64,000 nt of DNA from Callorhinchus milii (taxonomy: Eukaryota). Below are positions 50,581 through 63,684 of the stretch, piece by piece (position 1 is the stretch's first letter; the number at the start of each line of letters is the position of its first letter). The DNA lies in assembly GCF_018977255.1 (NCBI RefSeq), contig NW_024704742.1, positions 125,924,001 to 125,988,000 of the forward strand, read 5' to 3'. A model generated the notes under the pieces. It was not told the origin of the DNA and did no database searches. It worked only from the letters and a program-made list of their open reading frames with translations. A program made the translations under genes and the position numbers.

Positions 50581-50889
50581 AAGTCTAGTATTAGCAATCT
50601 AGCAATTATTTAAAAGTAATTCTTAAGATGTCTACTGAGATAGCACAGCATTAATCAGTTAAATATTTATTCTCAGTTAGGTATTCAGCCGAAACAGTTT
50701 TGATTCAAGGCTGAAAATTATATGCATGTCTGTGGTCATGACTTTCTGCATTATGATATCAATGCACTAATCTTGACCTCATAATACTGCTTTACCCATA
50801 TCTGCAATGCGGTGCTGGTGGATTTATTAAATAGAAGTTATTTAACATGTAGTGATTTTGTGGGAAAGAGAGGAACCAGCACTTCAAAA

Positions 50890-51570
50890 GATTTCTAACA
50901 GGTACATCTGCCTGTTTAGGTAAATGCTAAAATTCCCATGGAACTATTCTAAAAGAGAAGGGAGTTTCTCTCGGTATCCTGGCAAAACAATCGCCCAAAT
51001 ACAATTTGTCTCACGGCTGTTTGTGGGATATTGCTGTGACTAAATTGGCTGCTGCGTTCGCCTAGAAATACTCAGTCACTAACCTTCGCTGTAAAACCCT
51101 GTGAAGCGCTTTGAGACTTCTCAATGATGAGATGAAGTACTATATCAAATGTAAGGATTATTATTACAAAACAAAACCAAGTTATTGAACAAATCCTTGT
51201 TGTACATGCATAGTACACTTTAGAGTTTAGACAACGTAATCGTTTATGACATTCTCCATTTTGTGATGGATATTTAGTTTTCATTAACCCCAACGTAATC
51301 CCAATAGCTGCAGTCAGTTTGGTATCTGTTACCGGGATACGTTACTGTAAAGTGTTTTGAGACGCCACATCTTTAACGTCCATTTGAACAGGCACAGATG
51401 GGACCTTGGTTTAACATCTTATCTAAAAGATGGCACCTCCGACAGTGCAATGCACCCGCAGCAGTGTATTGGAGTGTCAACCTAGACTGTGAGTTTTGAG
51501 TCCCGACCTGAGGCTTGAACTTTCTGACCCAGAGGGGAGATTGCTACTAAGTGAACCAGGCTGACACACG
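50890..51570. mobile_element. Two older Deu-type SINE pieces (+ 50890-51165; - 51368-51568)
   Basis: Deu core and tail on +; head and body on -. Confidence 0.62.
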
Positions 51571-52139
51571 CTTGGCATAAAACACTTGAAGTATGCAATT
51601 TAATGCAGGCCCTGTTGAGGCCTGAGGATCACAGTGAAGTGAATAGCAGCTCCACATATTGGAGTTGTTTTGAACAGAAATGCATCCTCTGCCCTTCATG
51701 CTCTGCAGAATATTAAAAAAATCTTTCCATGTGGAAGGTGACCAATGTCTGTTGCTCCAGTGGGAATGGTGCCCTAGTGATCTACAGCACTGTATTGTCA
51801 CTAGAGCTTTTGTTCAGCATTTGATATTTCTCAAGTGTGTAATTTGATTGTTGTTTTACTGCAGAGAAGTACTAACGGGATCTGTGTGCTTCGAATAAAT
51901 ATACTGCACTTGGACTGGAACCAAGGCACTGAAAGACTAAAATGTTTCTTTAATAAAAGCAAATTGTTGACAACAGTACCTGGGAGATTCAACAACAACT
52001 AGGTACATTTATATAGTCTCTTTCATATTGGGAGAATATCTCAAAACCTTTTACTCAGCTAAATGAGGACCAGAGCTGGTGAGGATGAGTGGTGGGGTGG
52101 GTGTAGAGAGCTGATCAAAAGCATGGACAGAAAGTTAGC

Positions 52140-52518
52140 TCTGGATTTGTTATCGCACCTTTGCATGTCGTTGAGGTGTCTCAAAGCACTTCATAGGATT
52201 TTACAATGAATTGCAGTGACTGTGTATTTGTAGGCAGCCAACTTGTGCAACCAATGTCCCACAGACAGCCATGAAGTGAGCATTCAAGGGGCAATTGTTG
52301 GCTAGGACATTGGGAGAAATTCCCTCCTCATTCTAAATAGTGCCATGAAATCTTTAATATCTACCTGCACAGTTTAACATCTCATCTGAAAAAAATGCAT
52401 CTCATTGCACTGCATTGCAGTATCCATCTGGACTGTGAGTTCAAAGTCACCAACATGGGGTTTAAACCCACAGCCTCTGATTCATAGGTGAGAGTGCTAC
52501 CAACTGAGCCAGGCTGAT
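52140..52518 (-). mobile_element. Older Deu-type SINE
   Basis: Ends GGTGAGAGTGCTACCAACTGAGCCAGGCTGA (head, reverse complement). Confidence 0.7.
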
Positions 52519-53077
52519 GATGTTCATAGAGTTCTCTGCTGGAGATGCTATTAAAGGTGCTTTTTCTAACAGCTAGGCAACATTAACACTGTAACTTTCA
52601 CCGAGAAGCATTTTGTTCACCCTATTGTGATTTCAGCTTTGAGAGAAAATAACTCAGAGGGGATCTCGTGGAGGTGTACACAATTTTAAATGGAATTGAG
52701 ATGTACACTCAGAGCAGTACTTAATAATGCACTAAGACAGAAGAACAACAGGACATAGGTTTAGAGTTACAAAAGGCAAATTCAGGATAGATACCATAAC
52801 GTTTCTCTTTACTCAGAGGGTAATTAATGACTGTAACAGTTGATGGGAAGGGTGGTTGATAGCAGGAGAATGAACTGATTTAATAAGAGGCTTGATCGAT
52901 TCTGCAATTTCAAGATGATAGGGTGGATATTCTGCAGAGGTGAGATCAGATGGGGTGAAGTTTCATCAGAACCAATCTGTGATCTTGTGATTGGGTTCAA
53001 GCACCATCTTTCCAGCAACCCCTAATTGTTGTAGATAGTACAGGCTGACACTCAGTGCAGTGTTCGAGGAGCTCTTC

Positions 53078-53405
53078 ATTCAAATCCCTTCATGGCGTGG
53101 CACTTCCCTGCTTCTCCGACCTGCTTCCTCCTCAACCCACTATGCTGCGTGCGCTCAATTGGCTCCGGCCTCCTGTTTATCCCTCATGCCATCCGTTCCA
53201 CCATCGTTGGCCATGCATTCAGCTATTACACCCTGAAACTCGGGAACACTCTTTCTGTATCCCTCTGTCTTGCCCCCTCCTTCACTATCTTCAGGTCAAG
53301 CCTGAAGACGTTCCTCCACCTGGCTCGATGTCATGCTCTTCCATTGTTAAGAACTCTAGGATGCTACCCTGCGTGATGGGCGCTAACTAAATGGAAGTTG
53401 TTGTT
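53078..53405 (+). mobile_element. L2 3' fragment (second family)
   Basis: FKSLHG, STIVGHAFS, and the tail. Confidence 0.75.
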
Positions 53406-55684
53406 GCATTGTCAGAGGTGCTGACCTTCAGATGAGATCAACAGATTTTCCTACTCCTGTTGGTTTGCTGTAGTAATCTTTGCCATTATTCATCCCGTTG
53501 TCATTGTGACTAAAGACTAAATTTAATATCAGAAATTCCAAAAGCAAATCCTTTATGTTTGGGGGAGGGTGGGGGGAATCTTGGAATCTTGAAATTCTGA
53601 TCTCTCCTGTTCTGGCACTCAAATATCTCTTGGGATCTTGGTTTTAAACTGTAATTCTGTTGCACAATTTCAGCAGAAAATCTATTGGTAAAGTCTGGAA
53701 AAAAATCAAACGTCGTGATTGAATTTCCTTCAGCAATCCAGTGTTACTTTAGAACCTGCTGACGGGAACTGTAGATGTAACTACTACTGTGAGAAAGGTA
53801 ACCACACAGCATGATACATGCCCAACTAGGAGCATCCTATCCATTATGGTTTTGTCTTGTTTTGTCTTGGCTTTGTCTTGTTCTCCTGACATGAAAGCAG
53901 CTATACAAATGTAATTTTGTTGTTGTTGTTCTTTGGCTGAGAATATAACTATGCTTTCAAATCTCACCAATGAGCCAGATATGCTGTGCCACCAATAGCA
54001 ATGTCTTGGATTGTTCTAGACTCACTTGGCTTTGCCAGGTATCTTTATGCTGAGCTAATTTAACCCCAGGGAGACCTCTTTATCTCTGATTATTTAGGAA
54101 TGTAACAAAATAATAATGAAATGTAGAAATATATATTCACGTATCCCACCCATTTTGCACAATCAACCTGAGTACAGGGCTCTCTCTTTTCCTATTTTTG
54201 AGCCTGAGATGCAGTTTGCATTTCCCTCTGCCTTGCTCATAGCCTACGTTTCTGTGGATGAGCTGATACAGGGCGACCCCATTAAAATGCATTTCATAAA
54301 ATGCTGCTGCGATGTTCATCCACGAATAAAGTCACTGCATTTTACAGACATTTCTGTGAAGCTCTTTGAGATGTTTAAATGTTATAATGCATGATATCAA
54401 ATGCAAGTATCTTCTTATTATTAAATATAACAATAAATCTATTTTTCCAGGCTCTGTCTCTTCTTGAGGATCTCCTTACGATTGTCTGTCCCGTCTTTCA
54501 TATATCAAATTTTATTTGTTTATAAGGAATTTTATAAGCTATTCTACAGTGGATGGGATGGGGGATCAGCAGGGTATCTTAGGGGTAAATTGGCTCTGAG
54601 TTGATGCGTCAGGTAGTGGAATTTTGGAAACAAGTGGAACCTCTGTGGTGGTCTCAGCAGTCCAGTTCCTAAGCCAAGTCTGCAGTACTTGCTGTTGACC
54701 AGCTTGGCCATCAGCAGGACTTGGAAAGGCAGACCAGTTACTTGGACAGGGATTCTTCCCACTCGGCTCCTGTTAAATCTGTAACCAAAGCCCAATCAAG
54801 TAGGATGGTTCAATCTGAACAAGCACCGGGATGTTTGCCTGACAATTTTCCCAATGGCAAACTGAAGTTTAACTTAGTTTTACTCTGGGGTCCCCAAGCC
54901 TTGGGTCTTTGCAGCCTGTGCCTATTATTTTCTGGGATTAGGTGTCGCTCTAGTGAGAAAGTGCAGAATCTATTCCAAACAATATGAAATTTTCATGTGT
55001 AGATTGCACACAAATATAGAACTCTCAGCCTGGATTAGATACTCTTAAGCATGGTGAGGGGGTTCCATATCTGTCTGACCAAGCAAACTAAAACTTCCTT
55101 TGAGGAAATCATCCAAATAAAAAGTAGCTGATGATAGTTCTGAGATTTCCAGAAAACAAAACAAATAATACTTATATTGGTTCTAGAGAGTCTTACAACA
55201 ACCCAAGCCTAATCCATTTTAATGAATGGATCAAGGCTAAACCCCATTGTCATTGCAGTTCCATGCTAGGGTTGAAATCTAGGGACTGAAATAAAAATGA
55301 AAATAATAATGAAATAAAAATAGCGCATGATTCAGATTGCGTACCACCTCTTACTGAAGAAGTGGAGAAATTGATCGGTATCTTATACAGTTATTTGATT
55401 GTTATTGGTTAGCTTTATTGTAGTCTGAAAATAAAGCTTCCTTTGGTGCCTTGATCTGTGCAGGAGGGGAGTGTGGTCAAACAAAGGGCACAGTTTCATG
55501 CTGATTTTAGAGTGAAATAAATATTTAATTGGTGCCTGCTTGAAAGAAAACATCTAGGTGAATTAACTACATTTAATGGGTTGTTGTGCACACTACGTTT
55601 ACAGTAGTTACTTCATGTAGTCCAAGTTGGTTTAAGAGCGTGAAATACTACATATAGCCTCCAAAAGGAATATTATACGGTTTG

Positions 55685-55880
55685 ACCTGGCCAACAATCT
55701 CCCAAATAAAATTGGTCACTCACTCTATGGCTGTTTGAGGGACATTGATGTGCGCAAAATTGGTTGCCGTCTTTACCCACAAACTACATACATTCACACC
55801 ATTTTACAGTATATCCTGTGAAGCACTTTGAGATGCCTCAACAATGTGATAAGGCATAATATCAAATGCAAGTTTTTTTA
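55685..55880 (+). mobile_element. Deu-type SINE 3' half ~155 bp upstream of exon 2
   Basis: GGCTGTTTGAGGGACATTGATGTGCGCAAAATTGG...GTGAAGCACTTTGAGA...ATCAAATGCAAG. Confidence 0.7.
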
Positions 55881-56034
55881 TTCGGAGGAAGCAGTCGAGT
55901 GGAATTTGACTAGGTGGCTCGTGGGCAGAAAAAGCAGCACAAACTCGTTGAGCCAAATGTTTTCTTTCTATGCTGCAACATAGCTGTGCCTGTTCATCTT
56001 TCACTCCTTAATCTCTGTGTTTGCTTTCTTTCAG

Positions 56035-56458
56035 CTTTTACTGGGACTTGATAATGCTGTTGCTTATGGTTGGAAATCTCATCATTATACCTGTGGGAAT
56101 CACCTTCTTTGCGGAATCAACATCAACAGTTTGGATTGTTTTTAATATTGCGTCTGACACCTTCTTCCTCTTGGACTTGATCGTCAATTTTAGGACTGGA
56201 ATTGTTGTGGAAGACAATGCAGAAATCATCCTGGACCCAAAGGTCATCAGGTGGAAGTATTTGAAAAGCTGGTTCATGTTAGACTTTGTCTCTTCCATAC
56301 CAGTGGATTACATTTTTCTGATTGTAGAAAAAGGATTTGATTCTGATGTTTACAAAACAGCGAGGGCCCTGCGCATTGTGAGGTTTACAAAAATCCTCAG
56401 TCTCTTACGATTATTAAGACTTTCAAGACTCATACGTTATATGCACCAGTGGGAGGAG
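56035..56458 (+). CDS. HCN1: HCN channel (HCN1-like), coding exon 2: S1-S4 voltage-sensor domain
   Basis: Polypyrimidine tract plus TTTCAG acceptor (AG 56033-56034); the first C completes the split Arg codon. Translation [25 protein letters not shown]...[36 protein letters not shown]. Donor GAG|GTAAGG at 56459. 424 nt, with exon boundaries at the positions known for vertebrate HCN genes. Confidence 0.96.
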
Positions 56459-58629
56459 GTAAGGCCTTCTTTGAAATTTGTATGTAAAATTTTGGTCAAA
56501 GCTTGATTTACAATTGTGCTGTGAAACCATCCCCAAATGTTTATTTTATTTTGGAAAACAATACTCTGTGGATTTGGATAGTGCAATTAACCTTTGCTTT
56601 TTGCCCTGGGTTCAAATGTAATAGGTCGCTCCTTGGGGGGGAGGTAAGTGAGGTCTCCTTTGAGTTGATGCGTCTCTCCGTGGAGAGAGTGCGCATTCTA
56701 TTCCAACAATCTATCTCTGGGATTTCCATGTGTAAGTGTGATGCATGGAAATCTCAGCTTGGTTTGGATACTCTAAAGCATGGTGATGGGTTTCCACACG
56801 TGTCAGACATCTGGCTGAACACCACCCACTCCCCCCCACCCCCCGCCAAAAAAAAGGTCGCTTTCTCTCTACCTGACCAGCTAACGATGACCTTAGCTCT
56901 GCTTTACCGTGGCGGTGTATTCATAACTGTCCTCAAATTTAACACTGGTATTGATTCAGAAATCAAACTCACACAAAGAGTTTGACCTCTGCAAGCTACA
57001 GGTCAAATGCGGTGTCTAAAGCTCTTAAAGATTTGACCAGTTGTCATTACAGTACTATTTCACTAATTTAGTTATGGCCTAATTCATATAGAAATCTTTA
57101 CCAATGTTATTAAATGGAAACATTTTCTATAGTCTTTATATACCTTAAAGAACAGGCAAATGGAGACATTTATCATATCTAAATGGTAGAAGCAGCACAA
57201 TTACCCTTATTTCATAATAATGTTATAATAGTATGGGAAGCCCTTCTCTAACCCTTCAAATAACCTTGAACTACCATTGTTGTTGTGGATCCCAAATTAA
57301 ATGTTATTTTCATTTTTTTTCCTTTTCCCTCTTACATTTTGCAATGCTGCTTCCTACAGCCACCTTTGCTCCTTTGGGGAAGAGAGCAGATCTGACTCTT
57401 TCATAGTATCTTGTCTTGTCAGAGATTCCATCTTCCTCAATCCTGGTCGCCAGAGGCCTTTTGATCACAGGAGGAGGGAGGGCGAAAAGAGCATCACAGT
57501 TGAGCCCAATTTAGTCTTCACTCAAAGACCATAAGAAGAGTCACTGAATAGTGATTAGGAGTGGGGTATTCTAGCTGGTTTCTCCTCTTTAACCCAGTGC
57601 ACTCCTTGTGCTGTGACCAGCTAACTCAACACTAACCAGGGATCAAACCTGGGACGAGAAGGGAGGAAAGGGAGAGTACATAGAGAAGCAGGCAGAAGGA
57701 AATATTGGAAGGGAATATTCTATCAAACTGTTGATGCTTTTTCAAAGTCTTTATTTCTCTGATGGTGGGATCTTTCTGGGAATGTTTGTGAATTACATGG
57801 CAATGTTTCCAGCATCAAACCTTACTTTGATGCTAGTGCAATAGACCGATGGGGATTATCAGAATTTGCATCCTCAGCTTCAAAGGACTATGAAATGGGA
57901 AGCCCATACCAGATGCCATCACACATTTCCTCGTGGTTTATGTATTTTTAATCATTTTGCTTTTTTTAAAATCACCATTTGATTAAATTATTTTGCTAAA
58001 GGCAAAAAGATATCAAGAAAATGGAGTCGGATTGTTTCAAGATTTATCAAGAAAATGTCTGACACAAAGTACAATGTTTAATGATCTCTTGTGGCAGTAG
58101 CCTCCTTGCTCACTTCTTTCTCATTCTCCTGAACAATGCAGAAAGCAGAGAATGCCCGGTAATGGGCATTGTGGGCAGTGAGCCTTTTAAAAACATTATG
58201 AAAGCGCAGACCAAATTAGCCACTTGTTGCAATCGTACCTCCAGCAGAAAGCAACAGTGCAAAACAGTGGGTGAAAAATGCAGTATTTCATAACAGATTG
58301 CATTATCAAATGTGTTATCAAATCTGTTATGCAATATCAGATTATTCCATTGCGTGAACTTGCTGCTCTTTTGCCCCTTACCCTTTGAAGAATTATAGCT
58401 ATTTCAGTGTTAATTGATGTTGATCATTTCTGAGCCATGGCTTTCAAGCTTCTAACCAGCACATTTGATTTGGTGGCTATTTTGTTGCTTATTAGGGTCA
58501 AGAGGGAATTTATTAAGTATGGTGATTGTTGTTGTTCTTCTAAGACCGGTTCATGGAATTGCAGTTGCCCTAACTGGATAAATGTCATAAAAATGTTGAC
58601 AACCAGATACAAGACAAGTGGACACTAGA

Positions 58630-58875
58630 CAGGAGGTAGGGCATGTTTTAAATAGAGGGAGTATTAGAGAGGATAGATAAATAGAGATCTAGAAGCTCAA
58701 ATCCATGGATTATTAAAATATATTTTGCTCGGGCACAAAATGTCAATAATACAAATCGGATACTGGCCTTTTAGCTAGAGATATGGAAAATAAAAGCAAC
58801 AAGGTGATGTTCTGTTATACATAGTGTTAATCAGACCTCATTATGGGTATTGCATTCAGTTTTGGGCACCATTTG
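58630..58875 (+). mobile_element. Degenerate CR1 ORF2 fragment
   Basis: Remnants of the ERDLG, ILAFI.R..EYKS and RPHL.YC.QFWAP motifs. Confidence 0.6.
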
Positions 58876-58914
58876 TTTTGTCATCCTCCTCAACAATGAG
58901 GAGGATGACAAAAC

Positions 58915-59353
58915 AATCCGGCTCCACTGGCTCCCCATCCCTCAGAGGATACAATTCAAAATCCTCGTCCTAACTTTCAAGGCTCTCCATCACCTTGCCC
59001 TCTGCTACCTCTCTGACCTGCTAACCCCCTATCAACCCGACCGTTCCCTCCATTCAGCAGGTTCCCACCTGCTTCATGTCTCCCTACCAACGGCGCTCAG
59101 GTTTTCAGCCTCTCTGGCCCCACCTTTGAAACTTCATCCCACAATCCCTTTGTCTTGCTCCCTCCCTTGCTTCCTTCAAGGCATGACTCAAGACCCTCCT
59201 TTTTGACTGTGCCTTCAGCTGCTTTCCTACCTCTCTGCACTTCCTCATCCCAACCCTGCCCCTCAAGCTCGGGTCCTGATCCCTGACTGTCCAGAGCCTT
59301 GGGACGTCCTCCCGACATAAAAGGCACTTTTCAAATGTAATTTTATTGTTGTT
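58915..59353 (+). mobile_element. L2 3' fragment (intron 2)
   Basis: RLHWLPIPQRIQFKILVLTFKALH and tail GGGACGTCCTCCCGAC. Confidence 0.87.
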
Positions 59354-59499
59354 GTCAGCTGTACAAAAGCCCATCAGCAAACCAGAGTTTCCCATATGCA
59401 TACCATCTACACATGTAAGTTTCTCCCTGTCTGACATAGAGCGTGCATTCTCTCCCTGGGGAGATGCAGTCTGCTTTACCAATTCAAAAAAGCATTAAT

Positions 59500-59925
59500 A
59501 ATAATCATAAAACTTGCAATTGATAGAACATCACCCTAGGGTGATGTTCAAACATCTCAAAGCACTTCACAGGATTTTGTACTGTGAAGTGTAGTGATTA
59601 TATTTTGGAAATGAATGAAGGAGCCAATTTGTGCAAAGCGATATCCCACATACAACAATGAAGTGAATGACCAATTCTATCTATGGTTGTTGGCCATAAC
59701 ACTGGGAGAAACTCCCATCTCTTATCAAATGGTGACATGGAATCTTTAAATTCCACCTCAACATGCAGACATGGCCTTGGTTTAACATTTCATCTGAAGG
59801 ACATGACCTCTGACAATGTAGCACACCGTAGCATTGGATTGGCGTCAGCTTGGACTATATGAGGTTTCAAACCACAATCTTCTGACTCAGAGGTGAGATT
59901 GCTACCAACTGAGCCAGGCTGACAC
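59500..59925 (-). mobile_element. Older Deu-type SINE, near full length
   Basis: Head, body and tail motifs in reverse complement. Confidence 0.7.
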
Positions 59926-60849
59926 GTATAAGATTTTAAGTAGGATTGGGAAAGTAAAATCAGAACAACACTTTCAGATGCATGAAGACAATAGAACAAG
60001 AGAACCCAGATTTAGAGTTGCAAAGTGCAATTTCAGGACGGACAGCGGGAAATATTTATTTACCCAAAGGGTAATTAATGACCCGAACAGGTTACTGGGA
60101 AGAGGTCGCTGGATGAATTTAAGAAAGAGCTCGATGCTGTGTTGGGAAGACAGTGGTTGGGTATTCTGGAAGGATGAAATCAAATGGATCGAAAGGCCTT
60201 TTCTGTTACAAGCCCCTCTTGTGATCTTGTGTGAGTGGGTACAGTTTAGAGGAAACTGCATGTGTTTGGTGATTGTTCACTTTGGAGGAACAATTTATAC
60301 TCCAGTGCATTCCTTCTGCCTTTTCTTCTCTCCTGCACTCCTCCCCCTCTGATTCGCCTTCAGTGCAGGTGCAGACAAATCTGCTGTTTGGCATTTTAAA
60401 AGAGTAGGTAAGCAACATTGAGAAATAAATCAACACATTACTGTTGGCATTTGACAGTTCATCAGAAGTTCGACATGGAGCCAAATATTAATGTGGACAT
60501 GATCTAAAAATAACGGTGTTTTGCTGAGGTCTGAGGGTTTACCAATAGAAACTTAGAAAGCAGTCTATCCTGAAAGCTAGCAGTTTGTAGTGCATTAACA
60601 CAGCATGTATTTGCGCTGCATCACTTCTTTGTTCATGTGTTGGTTGTGCTGCCCAGAGTTAGATCATAAAACTTACGATTTTCTTTTTTTCTTCTAAAGA
60701 TGGAATTTGTAGGTGTATACAAGAATACTTTAACAATAATAAGCCTTGCACAAGTGGTTGATATAGCGCTGTTTCATGTCATCGGAGCATCTGAAAGCAT
60801 TTCACAGGATTACTTGTAAAGTGTTGTGATTGTGATTGACTTCAAGAAA

Positions 60850-61216
60850 ATGGATCGACTTCAAGATCCTCTCATTCATCTACAAATCCCTTCATTCCCT
60901 GGTACCTCCCTATCTTGCCAACCTGCTTATTCCGCATTTCACTACCCGCCGCCTCTGCTCAGATGGCTCCAGCTTCCTTCTTTGTCCCTCGTCATCTTTA
61001 ATCCATCATTGGCGTCTGCGTTTTCAGCCACTACTCCCTGAAACTTTGGAACTCTCGCCCTCGGTCCCTCCAACTTACCCACTCCTTCCCATTTTCAGAT
61101 CACAGCTGAAGACCTTAGTTTTCACCTCTCCCGACTCAGTGTCAGGCTCCACCACTGTTGAGCGCTCTGAGACGCTACCCCACGTGAAGGGCGCTATATG
61201 AATGCAAATAGTTGTT
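60850..61216 (+). mobile_element. L2 3' fragment (second family)
   Basis: IDFKILSFIYKSLHSL and tail GCGCTCTGAGACGCTACCCCACGTGAAGGGCGCTAT. Confidence 0.8.
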
Positions 61217-61442
61217 GGTGTATTTGTCGGCACATTTTGCTTGTGTTTGCAACAATCTAGTTAAAGTAAGCTGTGTTGGAGTACTGAGGGGAGAGACTCA
61301 ACTGACTATCAGCAATCCCAGCTAGGCCATGTCCCAGCATAGAGAAAGGGAGTCTGTGTCCCTTTTAGTTCTTGAGACTCCGTGTATCCTTGGAGGTAAA
61401 TAAAGATTGCGGTGTTTCAAAACTAATGTTGGCATAAGCTGT

Positions 61443-61461
61443 CAGCCACCAGGTGGCAGTA
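61443..61461 (+). promoter_or_regulatory. CTCF-like motif (intron 2)
   Basis: CAGCCACCAGGTGGCAGTA is a near-consensus CTCF core. Confidence 0.6.
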
Positions 61462-61857
61462 CACACTCCATGTATTTGGTTAATTTCTTTTTACCTACAA
61501 AACACAGTCACTACAATAAATCCCATGGAGTACTTTGTGACGTTCTTCAGGCACGAAAGGCATAATAGCAAATGCAAGAATTAATTATTTATTTTTATTG
61601 GTTATTATTATTTTGGGATTCCTAGTAACGACACCATTTTTTAAAAAAATTTAATTGGGTGATTTTTATTTTGAAATTTATAGGCCATAAAGTCCTTGAA
61701 GTTTTTTCTTGTTCAATGTTTTTCTTTCAAAATTGATCGGTTGTGTAAGGGTAAAAAATTAAAACATGGAAAAAGATATTTAACAATGGTAATTATTTTC
61801 TCCATACCTATCCATTCGCTTCTCCCTCCAGTATTTCTATTAAATATATTTTTGCTT

Positions 61858-62545
61858 CAACAACAACTTACACTTGTATAGCGCCCTCCATGCAGGTTAG
61901 CGTCTCAAGGCGCTTAACGGTGGCGGAGCCTGACTCCAAGCAGGGGGGAGTGGGGAGGTGACTGTAAGCATGGTTGAAGAGGGAAGTTTTCAGGCGGGAC
62001 TTGAGAGAGGGGCAGTCCTGTAGCTCAGTGCTTCGAGCACTCGCTTTGCAAGTGAGAGACCTGAGTTCAATTCCAGGCAGGGCGAAACCTTGGGCAAGTT
62101 TCCTTACTCCACCCGACTAAAAGTAATCCCTCCAAAAACCCAAAACAATAATAAATTGGTCATTTTCAATCTACGACTGTTTGTGGGACATTGCTGTGCG
62201 CAATTGGCTGCCGCGTTTGCCCGCAAATATACAGTCAATTCACTTTACAGTGTGTTCTGTGAAGCGCTTTGGGACGTCCTCCCGACGTGAAAAGCGCTAT
62301 ATCAAATGCAAGGATTATTATTATTATTAGGGGGCAAGGCGGAGGGATTGAGGGAGAGTGTTCCAGAGTTTTGGGGCTTAGTGGCTGAAAGCATGAAAGC
62401 ACGATGGTGGGGCGGAGGGTGTGAGGGACAAGTAGGAGGCCTGTGCCAGTCGAGCGGAGGCACCGGGTGGTGGATTGGGGAATGAGGAGGTCGGAGAGGT
62501 AGCGAGGTGCCACGGAGTGAATGGATTTGAAATTATAAATGAATT
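61858..62545 (-). mobile_element. L2 3' fragment interrupted by a SINE
   Basis: Tail at 61858; the ORF2 end resumes at 62331 (FKSIHSVAPRYLSDLL). Confidence 0.8.
62015..62329 (+). mobile_element. Young full-length tRNA/Deu SINE inserted in an L2 fragment
   Basis: Flanked by GGGGCA at 62009 and 62331 (candidate TSD); the L2 continues on both sides. Confidence 0.92.
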
Positions 62546-63684
62546 CCACATTCTCACCATCCACTGCATGAAGCCTTTCCTCCTAAATTCCCTATTATAT
62601 CTACTGCTAGCTATCTTATATTTATGTCATCTAGTTTTGGACTCACCAACCCTGTTCCCTTGAGAATGCTGATTGAGAGTGGCCTCGCTGCAAATCCTTC
62701 CTTATTTGCATAAGTTGGATTCGAGACATTCTGTGATTTGTTTTGATTTTTGCCACATTTATGTACACTTCCCCACACTCCAGCAGAAGAACATTGTCAG
62801 TACCGTGGAAGCATATTTAAGTAGGATTTTGATATTTTCCCAGTGGTGCAAAATTCCTTGCAGTGTGACGCAAAATAACACATCGGGAAGCGTATCTGCT
62901 AGGGCAGATTTTCCTGGAGACGTATTTAAAGTAAATAAAGTCTTGCCCAGACTTGCTGATCATGTAGACTTATCAACCTTAATTAACCCTGTGGTGCTCT
63001 TGAAAAGTACTGGATGGGGAAAAGGGATCTCATTGATGTACAATGCAGTAACATGAAGACATCACGTGGAAGGAATTTTGCATCTGAGCTGAGTTAACTA
63101 GACAATAACATTGCTAACAAACTGCCTATTTATATCTGCTGTCTCTGAAGTGCCAGGCCTGATCTAATGCCAGACAACGTAAAGTCTCAGAGGGTACCAG
63201 GTAGATTGGGTGATTTGTCTAATGCTGCTGCTCTTTGCATTAGATGTGTCTCCTGCAGCAGTGTGGAGGCCACTCTTCATTCCATACACTACCTTTGGGG
63301 ATGCGGAATGAAGGGATGGGGGAATGGGGAGAGGATGTCACTCTTCCAATTTTGAATTTTCTTATTCCAAAGGCAGCAGCTGTCCAATCTCTTGAAGCAT
63401 CATCCAGCAGTTGGCTGCAGAACAGCTTGTTCTGGTAGTGGTGGAGACTGCTGGCAGGCAGCCCAACTAAACCATCCCGAGCTGTGGGAACCTCTTCCTC
63501 TCCAAGCCATGTCCAGGGTATCTGACCTCTCCTTCCTTTGCATTTCAAGCTTTTTGGGATGGTCAGTGATCAGGCGTTTGCATTGTACAGCCCAACTGCC
63601 TTGACCAGTATTCAATAAAAGGAGTTTACCCTGAGAGAGTTAACGACAATACAAACAGTACAGATTTACAGTTATACAGTTTGT

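Larger units (their letters stand above)
39469..56034 (+). other. HCN1 intron 1 (GT-AG, phase 2, ~16.6 kb)
   Basis: GTGAGT donor, CTTAAT branch-point-like motif at ~56007-56012, and TTTCAG acceptor; the spliced frame is continuous (SDFR|FYWD). Confidence 0.9.

Noticed and set aside
56459..56985. Read-through of the exon 2 ORF and the adjacent 160-aa ORF
   Set aside because: HCN homology ends exactly at the GTAAGG donor; the downstream ORF has a TTG start and overlaps a dispersed repeat.
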